From Candidatus Omnitrophota bacterium (GTDB taxonomy: Bacteria > Omnitrophota > Gorgyraeia > Gygaellales > Profunditerraquicolaceae), in assembly GCA_041650295.1 (NCBI GenBank), contig JBAZLM010000004.1, positions 51,860 to 115,859 on the forward strand: a stretch of DNA of 64,000 nucleotides. Direction: 5' to 3'. The position numbers were made by a program, and so were the translations under genes. Numbering within the stretch: position 1 is the stretch's first letter; every line of letters starts with the position of its first letter. The notes under the pieces were generated by a model. It worked only from the letters and a program-made list of their open reading frames with translations. It ran no database searches and was not told where the DNA came from. Shown here one piece after another: positions 36,530-45,168 of this stretch.

Positions 36530-37612
36530 ATGATTAAAAAAATTTATATTTTATTTTTTCTAGTAACATTATTAATCTCCGGCTGTGCTACTATTCCTAC
36601 CGGTGAAAATATTGCCTCTTATTCTATCGCCGGACAAACTTATTATCCTTTAGTGAGTTTATGTGATCTGCGCGGGGTAGCGATGCAGTATGATCCGCTA
36701 ATACGTACAGTTTATTTAAATAAAGAAAATAAATCAGTAAATTTAAGAGCCGGAGATAGTTTAATTTTAGTAAATGATAATATTATGCATTTGAACTCTC
36801 CGGTAGATCTTTATCAGGGAACAATTGTAGTGCCACGTCAGTTTAAAGAACAGGTTTTTGATTTACTATTTAAGCCAGTAGTTGGCCCGCATCGTCGGGT
36901 TGGAGTGGGTAAGATTCGTTTGAGTAAAGTGGTGATTGATGCTGGGCATGGTGGCAATGATCCTGGAGCAATTGGTAAGAGTGGTTTGCGAGAAAAGGAT
37001 GTAAATTTAGATATTGCTAAAAGATTAAATGAACTTTTACGCTCAGAAGGGGTAGCTACGGTGTTAACTCGCTCTAGTGATAAATTTATTCCACTATCCA
37101 CGCGGGTGGGTATCGCTAATAAATCAGGAGCGGATTTATTTATTTCGGTGCATGCTAATGCTGCGCGTTCGCGAGCTTTAAATGGTTTTGAAGTTTATTA
37201 TGTTGCCCCGAGTGTTAGTGACGCTAAACGGGCGGCTTTAACTGCCAGAATTGTTTCTTTAAATTTAAAAAATGCGACCTTTGCTAGTAACTCTGGTGAT
37301 CTGCGCACAATTCTTTGGGATATGATTTATGCTAATAGCCGAGCAGAGTCTATAGAATTATCTAAGACGCTATGTAAAATTATGGATGCTAGTATTGATG
37401 CTAATATTTTAGGGGTAAAGAATGCTCGTTTCCAAGTTTTAAAAGGAATTAGAATGCCGGGAATATTGATAGAAGTAGGATTTGTTTCTAATTTAAACGA
37501 AGAAAGATTATTAAAAACCAGCACATATCGTCAAAAATTAGCCGAAGGCATAGTAGAAGGCCTAAGGGATTATTCACAAGATATGGCCTTAGTGGAGTTA
37601 ACTTCAAGATGA
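36530..37612 (+). CDS. amiC: N-acetylmuramoyl-L-alanine amidase (Amidase_3, AmiC-like) lipoprotein
   Basis: Lipobox LLISGC. Catalytic domain motif VVIDAGHGGNDPGAIG...VHANA. Confidence 0.8.
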   Translation: MIKKIYILFFLVTLLISGCATIPTGENIASYSIAGQTYYPLVSLCDLRGVAMQYDPLIRTVYLNKENKSVNLRAGDSLILVNDNIMHLNSPVDLYQGTIVVPRQFKEQVFDLLFKPVVGPHRRVGVGKIRLSKVVIDAGHGGNDPGAIGKSGLREKDVNLDIAKRLNELLRSEGVATVLTRSSDKFIPLSTRVGIANKSGADLFISVHANAARSRALNGFEVYYVAPSVSDAKRAALTARIVSLNLKNATFASNSGDLRTILWDMIYANSRAESIELSKTLCKIMDASIDANILGVKNARFQVLKGIRMPGILIEVGFVSNLNEERLLKTSTYRQKLAEGIVEGLRDYSQDMALVELTSR

Positions 37613-38400
37613 GCTCGATTGGAATTTTTGATTCAGGTGTAGGGGGACTAACCGTAGCTAAAGAAATTATTCGTCAACTGCCTAACGAAAATATCGTTTA
37701 TTTTGGTGATACGGCGCGGGTTCCTTACGGAATTAAATCTCGGCAAACCGTAATTCGTTTTTCTATTGAAAATATTTTATTTTTGTTAAAGCAAGATGTA
37801 AAGCTTATCTGTGTTGCTTGTAATACTGCTTCTAGTTTTGCGTTGCCGGTAATTAAAAATCATTTTCGTGCGCCGATTATTGGCGTAATTACTCCGGGAG
37901 TAAGAGAAGCCGTGTATGCTTCACAAAATAAACGTATTGGTGTAATTGGTACCAAGGGTACGGTAAAGAGTCGTACTTATGAAAATGAAATTAAATTATT
38001 GGATCCTAAAGCTAAGGTGACTGCAGTAGCCTGCCCATTATTTGTGCCTTTTGTTGAGGAGGGATGGTTAACTGGAGAAGTAGTTTTAAGTGTGGCTAGA
38101 ACTTATTTAAAGCCGCTTAAAGATGCCAAAGTAGATACGGTTATTTTGGGATGTACACATTATCCTTTACTTAAACCGGTTATTCAGGAAGTTTTAGGAA
38201 AGAACGTTACTTTAATTGATTCAGCTAAACAAGTAGCTTTTGAAATTAAGAAAATTTTGGCTAGTGAAGATATGATCAATCGCGGTAAAGGTGGAAAGCA
38301 TAAATTTTATGTGAGCGATAATCCTGAATGGTTTAGTTCTTTAGCCCAGAGATTTATGGGTAGAAAATTAAGTAATGTAAAAAAAGTAGACCCCGTATAA
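37609..38400 (+). CDS. murI: Glutamate racemase
   Basis: IGIFDSGVGGLTV N-terminal motif and CNTAS, GCTHYP motifs. Confidence 0.9.
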   Translation: MSSIGIFDSGVGGLTVAKEIIRQLPNENIVYFGDTARVPYGIKSRQTVIRFSIENILFLLKQDVKLICVACNTASSFALPVIKNHFRAPIIGVITPGVREAVYASQNKRIGVIGTKGTVKSRTYENEIKLLDPKAKVTAVACPLFVPFVEEGWLTGEVVLSVARTYLKPLKDAKVDTVILGCTHYPLLKPVIQEVLGKNVTLIDSAKQVAFEIKKILASEDMINRGKGGKHKFYVSDNPEWFSSLAQRFMGRKLSNVKKVDPV

Positions 38401-38445
38401 AAATTTATGGGGATATTAAATATTAAGTTTTTGACGGGGTGAATA

Positions 38446-38802
38446 ATGTATAGTTTAAGGGTAGAAGGTAATTTTAGTTCAGCGCATAATTTAAGAGGAT
38501 ATAAAGGAAAGTGTGAAGATTTGCACGGCCATAATTGGCGTGTAGGTATTGAAGTTAAATCTGAAAAGCTAGATAATATTGGATTAGTGGTTGATTTTAA
38601 ATATTTAAAGAAAAAATTAAGCGTAGTTCTAGAGAAGATGGATCATAAATATTTAAATAATTTAGTTTATTTTAAGAAAATTAACCCGACTAGTGAAAAT
38701 ATAGCAAAATATATTTATCGAGAATTAATCAAGCAAATTCCTTTACTTAGTTCGGTTACCGTTTGGGAAAATCCTACAAGTAGTGCTACTTATGAAGAAT
38801 AA
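38446..38802 (+). CDS. queD: 6-carboxy-5,6,7,8-tetrahydropterin synthase
   Basis: CEDLHGHNW motif, about 118 aa. First gene of queDCEF. Confidence 0.85.
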   Translation: MYSLRVEGNFSSAHNLRGYKGKCEDLHGHNWRVGIEVKSEKLDNIGLVVDFKYLKKKLSVVLEKMDHKYLNNLVYFKKINPTSENIAKYIYRELIKQIPLLSSVTVWENPTSSATYEE

Positions 38803-39454
38803 AAAGATTAAGCAGGCGGTAGTGCTTTTATCGGGAGGATTAGATTCAGCTACTGTTTTACATTTAGCTAGGTCTAAAGGGTATCGATGTTTTTGTTTAA
38901 TCTTTGATTATGGCCAGATTCATAAAAAAGAAACGGCTTCAGCGGTAAAAATAGCGAAAAATAGTGAAGCAGCTTATGGGATTTCAAAGATTAGTTTGCC
39001 TTGGAAAGGGTCAGCGCTTTTAGATAAAAAGATTAAAGTTGCTAAAAAAATTACTAAAGGAATTCCGGATACATATGTGCCGGCGCGTAATATTATATTT
39101 TTAAGTTTTGCTTTAGCGTTTGCCGAAACGATAAAAGCTCAGGCAATTTTTATTGGGGCACATGCGCAAGATTATTCGGGTTATCCGGATTGCCGTCCGG
39201 AGTTTTTTAAGTCGTTTATTAAGATGGCCAAATCTGGAACGGTGGGTGGGAAAAAAATAAAAATTCTGGCTCCTTTATTAAATATGAAGAAAGCGCAGAT
39301 TATAAAATTAGGCCAAAGATTAAAAGTGCCTTTTGGCCTAACTTGGTCATGTTATCGGGGGGAGAAAAATCCTTGTGGTAAATGCGACAGTTGTTATTAT
39401 CGCGCTAAAGGCTTTAAAGAGGCTGGTTTAATTGACCCAGCAATAAAAAGATGA
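38783..39454 (+). CDS. queC: 7-cyano-7-deazaguanine synthase
   Basis: PP-loop VVLLSGGLDSAT and a C-terminal zinc cluster CGKCDSC. Confidence 0.85.
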   Translation: MLLMKNKKIKQAVVLLSGGLDSATVLHLARSKGYRCFCLIFDYGQIHKKETASAVKIAKNSEAAYGISKISLPWKGSALLDKKIKVAKKITKGIPDTYVPARNIIFLSFALAFAETIKAQAIFIGAHAQDYSGYPDCRPEFFKSFIKMAKSGTVGGKKIKILAPLLNMKKAQIIKLGQRLKVPFGLTWSCYRGEKNPCGKCDSCYYRAKGFKEAGLIDPAIKR

Positions 39455-40122
39455 AAGCTAAAATTGCTGAGATTTTTGAAAGCGTACAAGGTGAAGGTTT
39501 GTATTTAGGAGAAAAGCAGATCTTTGTACGTTTTTTTAATTGCAATTTGAGCTGTACTTATTGCGATACTAAGCTGGATCGGTTTATGGAGTATGAACCT
39601 AAGGAGCTTTTTGATGAGATTATGCTCTATCGCGATAAGTATCATTCGATCTCTTTTACCGGAGGGGAACCGCTTTTATACAAAAATTTCTTAAAAGAGA
39701 TATTTGTGTTGACTAAAAAATTTGGTCATAAACATTATCTTGAAACTAACGGAACGTTGTTTTTTGAATTAGAAGAACTAATTAATGATATAGATATTGT
39801 GGCTATGGATTTAAAGTTTCCTAGTTCTAGCGGAATGGGTAATCTTTGGAATCTACATCGTAAATTTTTAAAAATTGCGATTAAGAAAGAAGTTTTTCTT
39901 AAGGCGATTATTTGCCAGGCTACTGCTCAGCAGGATTTGATGCAGGCGATTGAATTAATTAGGGAAGTAAGTCCGTCAAGTATCTTAGTTTTACAGCCTA
40001 ATAGCTATGAAAACCAAGGTGTTTTAAATGAAAAATTAGCGCAATTTAAAGATATTGCTAGTCGCAATAAAGTTACGGTTTGCGTGATACCGCAGATTCA
40101 TAAATTAGTGGGGTTAAAATGA
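39451..40122 (+). CDS. queE: 7-carboxy-7-deazaguanine synthase (radical SAM)
   Basis: ESVQGEG...FVRFFNCNLSCTYCDT radical-SAM motif. Confidence 0.85.
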   Translation: MKAKIAEIFESVQGEGLYLGEKQIFVRFFNCNLSCTYCDTKLDRFMEYEPKELFDEIMLYRDKYHSISFTGGEPLLYKNFLKEIFVLTKKFGHKHYLETNGTLFFELEELINDIDIVAMDLKFPSSSGMGNLWNLHRKFLKIAIKKEVFLKAIICQATAQQDLMQAIELIREVSPSSILVLQPNSYENQGVLNEKLAQFKDIASRNKVTVCVIPQIHKLVGLK

Positions 40123-40511
40123 AGAAATCAAGTTATGAGGGATTGCAAAAAAATGTTGCTAAGCTTAAAACTCCGGAGATTGAAGTTTGGCTTAATCAAT
40201 ACGCTAATAAAGTTTATACGATTAATTTGGATATTCCGGAGTTTACTTGCATTTGTCCAAAAACCGGATTACCCGATTTTGCGACTATTCGTATTGAATA
40301 TTCTCCGGCAAAATTTTGCGTGGAGCTGAAATCTTTTAAAATGTATACGATATTTTTCCGCAATGTAGGAATTTTTCATGAGCATTTAATTAATAAGATG
40401 TTGGAGGATTTTGTTTTTGTGGTAAAACCGCGTTGGTTTAAAATTACGGGAGTTTTTAACCCGCGGGGTGGGATTACTACTACTGTTAGTCGGGAGTATA
40501 AAACTAAATGA
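40119..40511 (+). CDS. queF: NADPH-dependent 7-cyano-7-deazaguanine reductase (type I)
   Basis: EFTCICPKTGLPDFA and the IEY...KS(F)K signature. Confidence 0.85.
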   Translation: MKKSSYEGLQKNVAKLKTPEIEVWLNQYANKVYTINLDIPEFTCICPKTGLPDFATIRIEYSPAKFCVELKSFKMYTIFFRNVGIFHEHLINKMLEDFVFVVKPRWFKITGVFNPRGGITTTVSREYKTK

Positions 40512-41329
40512 GAGAGATTAAAGCTGAACAGATAAAGCAAGCAGTTATGGAATTAGTACGTAAAGCTAATTTTATTTTACGCAGCGATGTTTTAATGGCT
40601 TTAAAATGCGCTTATAAAATTGAAAAGAACAAAAGAGCAAAAACAATTCTTAAAGCGATATTAGAAAATGCAACTTTTGCTAAAAAAGAAAGTTTAGCAA
40701 TTTGTCAAGATACAGGACTACCGGTAGTTTTTGTAGAAGTTGGTCAGGATCTTAAAGTTACAGGAGATTTAAAGAAAGCAATTAACCAGGGTATTGAAAA
40801 AGGGTATAAAAAATATTCCTTAAGAAATTCTATTGTAGCTGATCCACTGATCAGAGGCAGTTCTAAGTTTTCACCGTCTGTGATGCATTTGGATATAGTT
40901 AAAGGGAGCAAAATAAAATTAACGGTTTTACCTAAAGGTTTTGGTTGTGAAAATAAATCGCAATTAAAAATGTTTAGGCCCACCGCTAGCATAGAGGAGA
41001 TTAAAAAATTTATTGTGGAAGCAGTAAAAGCTGCTGGACCTGATGCTTGTCCGCCGTATGTAGTAGGAGTAGGAATTGGTGGCACGGCAGATTATGCCGG
41101 AGTTTTAGCGAAAAAAGCATTGTTAAGCCGGCTGCAGAGTAAAAGTTCAAGGTTAGAAAATGATTTATTAAAAGAAATTAATAAAACGGCGATTGGACCG
41201 ATGGGTTTAGGGGGCAAGACTACGGCATTAGCAGTGAAGATTCAGAAATATCCTACACATATTGCCGGGCTTGCGGTGAATGTAAATATTAGTTGCCATG
41301 CCTTAAGAAGCGCCTCTGTAATTTTATGA
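40508..41329 (+). CDS. fumA: Class I Fe-S hydro-lyase alpha subunit (fumarate hydratase or L(+)-tartrate dehydratase alpha)
   Basis: ICQDTGLPVVFVEVG motif with a Cys ligand set. Confidence 0.8.
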   Translation: MREIKAEQIKQAVMELVRKANFILRSDVLMALKCAYKIEKNKRAKTILKAILENATFAKKESLAICQDTGLPVVFVEVGQDLKVTGDLKKAINQGIEKGYKKYSLRNSIVADPLIRGSSKFSPSVMHLDIVKGSKIKLTVLPKGFGCENKSQLKMFRPTASIEEIKKFIVEAVKAAGPDACPPYVVGVGIGGTADYAGVLAKKALLSRLQSKSSRLENDLLKEINKTAIGPMGLGGKTTALAVKIQKYPTHIAGLAVNVNISCHALRSASVIL

Positions 41330-41820
41330 AAAATTTAGCGCAATTAAAAGTTAGAAGTGAAATTAAATTTAGCGGAATAATTTATACTGCCCGGGATCAG
41401 GCGCATAAACGTTTGGTTGAGGCAATTAAAGTGGGTAAGCGTTTGCCATTTGAAATTAAGAAAGCGATTATTTATTATTGCGGACCAACGCAGACTCCTA
41501 AAGGTAAAATAATTGGTGCCTGTGGTCCGACGACAAGTGCACGGATGGATGAGTTTACACCACTTTTATTATCTAAGGGCCTAGCGGCAATGATCGGTAA
41601 AGGCGCACGTTCCGTGGAAGTTAAGCAGGCAATAAAAAAATATAAGGGAGTTTATTTTTTAACGTATGCTGGTTGTGGAGCGCTTTTAAGTAAATATATT
41701 AAGAGTGTTAAAATTATTGCTTATCCTGATTTAGGTCCGGAAGCGATTATGCAGTTAGTGGTAAAAGATTTTCCTTTGATAGTTGCATTAGATGCTAAGG
41801 GAGGAGATATTTATGGCTAG
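41326..41820 (+). CDS. fumB: Class I Fe-S hydro-lyase beta subunit
   Basis: ATGA overlap with the alpha subunit. Conserved beta-subunit core ([19 protein letters not shown]). Confidence 0.75.
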   Translation: MKNLAQLKVRSEIKFSGIIYTARDQAHKRLVEAIKVGKRLPFEIKKAIIYYCGPTQTPKGKIIGACGPTTSARMDEFTPLLLSKGLAAMIGKGARSVEVKQAIKKYKGVYFLTYAGCGALLSKYIKSVKIIAYPDLGPEAIMQLVVKDFPLIVALDAKGGDIYG

Positions 41821-42532
41821 GCTTGATGCACGGGGAGTGGATAAAATAAGAAAAGTTAATATCACCAGAAATTATCTTAAGTTTCCTGAAGGTTCTTGTT
41901 TGGTAGAATTTGGTAATACGAAAGTGATTTGTACAGCTTCAGTGGAAGAGTCGGTTCCTGCGTTTTTAAGAAATTCTGGAACTGGCTGGGTGAGTGCTGA
42001 ATATGGCATGTTACCTAGATCTTGTGGAACACGTATTCAACGAGGAAAAGATTCTGGCCGCACTTATGAAATTCAGCGTTTAATTGGTCGCTCGCTTAGG
42101 GCGGTTTGTGATATGAAACAAATTGGCGAGCGTACGATTTGGCTGGATTGTGATGTTATTCAAGGCGATGGAGGCACGCGCACAGCTTCAATTACCGGAA
42201 GTTTTATTGCTTTAGTGGATGCTTTGCAGAAATTAAAAAAAGACGGAAAAATTACTAAAGTTCCTATTGCTGATTATGTGGCGGCGATTAGTGTGGGGAT
42301 TTTAGACGGGCAGTTACTTTTAGATTTATGTTATGAAGAGGATTCTAAAGCAGAAGTAGATATGAATGTAATTATGACTGGTGCTGGTGAATATATTGAA
42401 GTGCAAGGAAATGCCGAACGCAAGCCTTTCTCAAAAGAAAAGATGGACAATATGTTGGATTTTGCTAAAAAAGGAATCGAAGAACTTTTTAGTATACAAA
42501 GAAAATTAGTGGGGGATATTTTAGGTAAATGA
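41813..42532 (+). CDS. rph: Ribonuclease PH
   Basis: Strong SD GGGAGGAG, 7 nt before the ATG. RNase PH motifs RLIGRSLR and [18 protein letters not shown]. Confidence 0.85.
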   Translation: MARLDARGVDKIRKVNITRNYLKFPEGSCLVEFGNTKVICTASVEESVPAFLRNSGTGWVSAEYGMLPRSCGTRIQRGKDSGRTYEIQRLIGRSLRAVCDMKQIGERTIWLDCDVIQGDGGTRTASITGSFIALVDALQKLKKDGKITKVPIADYVAAISVGILDGQLLLDLCYEEDSKAEVDMNVIMTGAGEYIEVQGNAERKPFSKEKMDNMLDFAKKGIEELFSIQRKLVGDILGK

Positions 42533-43128
42533 AATTAGTAGTCGCAACTAAAAATAAAAAAAAGTTACAAGAAATAAAAGATATTTTAAAAAAACAAAAA
42601 TTAACTTTATTATCGCTTGCAGCTTATAAAAATTCTCCCAAAGTAATTGAAAATGGAAAGACTTTTAAGGAGAATGCTATAAAGAAAGCGGTAAAGCTAG
42701 CGCGTTTCACCGGCGAGTTTTGTTTAGGTGAAGATTCGGGATTATGTGTTGATGTTTTAAATGGCGCTCCAGGGATTTATTCAGCGCGTTTTTCTGGTAA
42801 AGAGAAAAGTGATTTAAAAAATAATTTAAAACTTTTAAGTTTACTTAAAACTGTGCCTTTAGCGAAAAGAAAAGCGCATTATTTTTGTGCGGTCGCCTTA
42901 GCGGATAAAAATGGATTAGTAGGGGTAGTTGAAGGACGGTGCGCTGGACGTATTGCTTTTACTGCGCAAGGGAGTGCGGGTTTTGGATATGATCCCTTGT
43001 TTTATATTCCAAAATATAAGAAGACGTTTGCGCAGTTGGGTGAGAAGATTAAACATAAGATGAGTCATCGTTATTTTGCTTTAAAAAAAGCTAAGCAGAT
43101 AATACAGAAATATATTGTAAATAGGTAA
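42529..43128 (+). CDS. rdgB: dITP/XTP pyrophosphatase (RdgB/Ham1 family)
   Basis: [18 protein letters not shown] and FGYDPLF motifs. rph-rdgB adjacency. Confidence 0.85.
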   Translation: MKLVVATKNKKKLQEIKDILKKQKLTLLSLAAYKNSPKVIENGKTFKENAIKKAVKLARFTGEFCLGEDSGLCVDVLNGAPGIYSARFSGKEKSDLKNNLKLLSLLKTVPLAKRKAHYFCAVALADKNGLVGVVEGRCAGRIAFTAQGSAGFGYDPLFYIPKYKKTFAQLGEKIKHKMSHRYFALKKAKQIIQKYIVNR

Positions 43129-43284
43129 TCTGTTGATATAATCAAAGCTCTTTAAGATAAGATTTTTGTAGGGATGTGATGGGGCGTGCCCCGTTACAAA
43201 CCAGAAGCTTAAAAAATTAAAGAGATAGATGTGGTGGGGGCGTGCCCCGTTGCATCTAAGAATCTTTAATTATAATAGATGCAA

Positions 43285-43359
43285 CGGGGCGTGGCTCAGT
43301 TTGGCTAGAGCGCCTGCTTTGGGAGCAGGAGGTCACAGGTTCAAGTCCTGTCGCCCCGA
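43285..43359 (+). tRNA. tRNA-Pro(TGG)
   Basis: Hand-folded. Acceptor is CGGGGCG/CGCCCCG. Anticodon stem is CCTGC/GCAGG with loop TTTGGGA. T arm is ACAGG-TTCAAGT-CCTGT. Discriminator is A and no CCA is encoded. Confidence 0.8.
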
Positions 43360-43373
43360 CAAAAATAATCAAT

Positions 43374-43447
43374 GCGCCTGTAGCTCAATTGGATAGAGCA
43401 CCTGCCTTCTAAGCCGGTTGTTGGCCGTTCGATTCGGCCCAGGCGCA
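43374..43447 (+). tRNA. tRNA-Arg(TCT)
   Basis: Acceptor is GCGCCTG/CAGGCGC. The D arm is nearly identical to E. coli argU. Anticodon loop is CTTCTAA with one U:C mismatch in the stem. T arm is GGCCG-TTCGATT-CGGCC. Confidence 0.7.
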
Positions 43448-43640
43448 TTAGAATTAGAGGGCCTACTTGCTCGCTGCGCTCGCAAGTACTGCGCTAGATA
43501 AAAGATTAGAGGTGATTGTTCGGCCCAGGCGCATTAAAATAAATAAAAGTGCTTGCCCTTGCTCGCTGTGCTCGCAAGGATTTCGCCGAATAAAAGATTT
43601 AAGGTGCTCAATTCTGCCCAGGCGCATTAAAATTTTAACC
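43430..43640 (+). repeat. Two degenerate tandem units of about 95 nt, each ending with a copy of the tRNA-Arg 3' end (GGCCCAGGCGCATTA) and each containing a GCTCGC-type hairpin
   Basis: The 3' end copy is GTTCGATTCGGCCCAGGCGCATTA in the tRNA, TGTTCGGCCCAGGCGCATTA in unit 1 and TTCTGCCCAGGCGCATTA in unit 2. The hairpin CTTGCTCGCTGYGCTCGCAAG is followed by ATAAAAGATT in both units. The two units are about 80% identical. Confidence 0.7.
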
Positions 43641-43655
43641 AAAATTAATAAGTTT

Positions 43656-44873
43656 ATGAAAAATTGGCAAAAAATATTTAAAATAGTTGTTATAGTAGTT
43701 ATATTGTTTAGTTTGTTTTATGTATTTTTAATGCTAGAAGCTAAGCATTTAATTATTAAAGTAATCTCAGATGGTAGTGGTCGCAAAACTACGATTGACA
43801 AGCTAGAAATCAAGCCTCCGTTAAATTTAGAGATAAAAAATTTAGAGATTCAAGGCGTGTTTAAGGCCAGCTACATTTATTTATCACCTAGTATTCCCAA
43901 TCTTTTAAGAGGCAGAGTAGCATTAAATAAAGTAAGAATTTTTAATCCCCAGCTTACTTATCAGCGTATTCCACCTCCGGTTATTGTACAAGATAGTACT
44001 GCAGTAGTAGAGTTTCCTCAGGCTGAGGTAGCTGTGCCGGTTGTAACGGCACCTGCTCCTGTTAGCCAGGATAATAAAGTTTTTCCTATAATTATAAAAA
44101 GCTTAAAGGTAAAATCTGGTTTATTAAATTTTATCGATTCTACAGCAACTGCCGGTAGCATTAAAATTATAATTAAAGACATCCAATTTTATATTACAAA
44201 TTTATCTACAGTTAATATTAATGCTGTTAGTAACTTTAATTTAAGGGCAAGTATCTCTTGGAATACCGGAGAGCCGGATGGTAGATTATTTTTGCAGGGC
44301 TGGGCAAATTTTGGCAAGAAAGATGTTTTAGCTAAATTAAAGATTGAAGATATCGACGCGATTGTTTTTTATCCATATTATTCAACCTGGGTTAATTTAG
44401 AAAAAGCGCGGATTGATAAAGCTAAACTTAATTTCAGCAGCGATATTAAAGGCGTGAATAATAATGTGGATGCGGTTTGTCATTTAGAGTTAATTGATAT
44501 GGTGCGCAAAGTGCGGCCTCCGCAGGAACCGCAGCAAAAAGCAGAGAGACTAACTGATGCAGTATTAGATATGTTCAAATCGATGAATCAGGGAAAAGTA
44601 ATTTTAGATTTTACTTTACATACAAAAATGGATCAACCAGCTTTTGGTTTTGCTAATATTAAATCTGCTTTTGAAGGAAAAATTATGGAAGGCAAGGCAA
44701 GGGCTGGATTGCGGCCGCAAGATATGCTATTATGGCCTGGTAAGTTAGTGCAAAGTGGGGTAAAGAGCGGAATAGATCTTTCTAATGCGGTAGTGGATGG
44801 CGCAGTAGCTTTAGGTAATGGAATAAAAAAGTTTTTTGAAAGAACAATAAATACTCCGGCTTCGGAGAATTAA
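43656..44873 (+). CDS. Membrane-anchored AsmA/DUF748-like protein
   Basis: One N-terminal TM then a beta-rich periplasmic region with the repeating pattern typical of AsmA-like proteins. The ORF-track start at 43467 extends through the tRNA-derived repeats and was rejected. Confidence 0.5.
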   Translation: MKNWQKIFKIVVIVVILFSLFYVFLMLEAKHLIIKVISDGSGRKTTIDKLEIKPPLNLEIKNLEIQGVFKASYIYLSPSIPNLLRGRVALNKVRIFNPQLTYQRIPPPVIVQDSTAVVEFPQAEVAVPVVTAPAPVSQDNKVFPIIIKSLKVKSGLLNFIDSTATAGSIKIIIKDIQFYITNLSTVNINAVSNFNLRASISWNTGEPDGRLFLQGWANFGKKDVLAKLKIEDIDAIVFYPYYSTWVNLEKARIDKAKLNFSSDIKGVNNNVDAVCHLELIDMVRKVRPPQEPQQKAERLTDAVLDMFKSMNQGKVILDFTLHTKMDQPAFGFANIKSAFEGKIMEGKARAGLRPQDMLLWPGKLVQSGVKSGIDLSNAVVDGAVALGNGIKKFFERTINTPASEN

Positions 44874-44881
44874 TTTTATTT

Positions 44882-45046
44882 TTAATTTATGGTGGCTGTA
44901 GCTCAACTTTAGCGAGCAGACAACTTACGGCAGCGTGAGCAACGTAAGTTGTAGGCGAAGCCGTCTGCGAGCTAATCCCGTGTTTACGAGAAAATTCCAG
45001 AGAATTTTCGAGTGGTTTAACACGGGAGAAAGAGTATTAATTGTTC
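44882..45046 (+). repeat. Degenerate duplicate of the tRNA-His 5' half (27-nt direct repeat TTAATTTATGGTGGCTGTAGCTCAACT at 44882-44908 and 45047-45073) followed by a 138-nt hairpin-rich insert
   Basis: Identical 27-mers, the second of which begins the intact tRNA-His. The insert contains ACAACTTACG-N13-CGTAAGTTGT and CCCGTGTT...AACACGGG inverted repeats. Confidence 0.7.
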
Positions 45047-45055
45047 TTAATTTAT

Positions 45056-45133
45056 GGTGGCTGTAGCTCAACTGGTTAGAGCTTCTGATTGTGGTTCAGA
45101 AGGTTGCGGGATCGTGCCCCGTCAGCCACCCCA
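45056..45133 (+). tRNA. tRNA-His(GTG) with genome-encoded G-1 and CCA
   Basis: Very close to E. coli tRNA-His (GGTGGCTGTAGCTCA...). Anticodon stem is TCTGA/TCAGA with loop TTGTGGT. The 3' end is AGCCACCCCA. Confidence 0.85.
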
Positions 45134-45168
45134 GTTTTTTAGCTTGTTTTTATTTAAAGGAGATAGTG

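Noticed and set aside
43467-43655. ORF-track N-terminal extension of the AsmA-like gene (MLAALASTALDKRLEVIVRPRRIKINK...).
   Set aside because: It reads through the tRNA-Arg 3'-end repeat units, and the translation is repeat-derived. A proper hydrophobic N-terminus with an ATG exists at 43656.
45091-45168. ORF-track N-terminal extension of the cysteine-rich repeat protein.
   Set aside because: It overlaps tRNA-His(GTG). The ATG at 45169 is preceded by an SD and starts a classical signal peptide.
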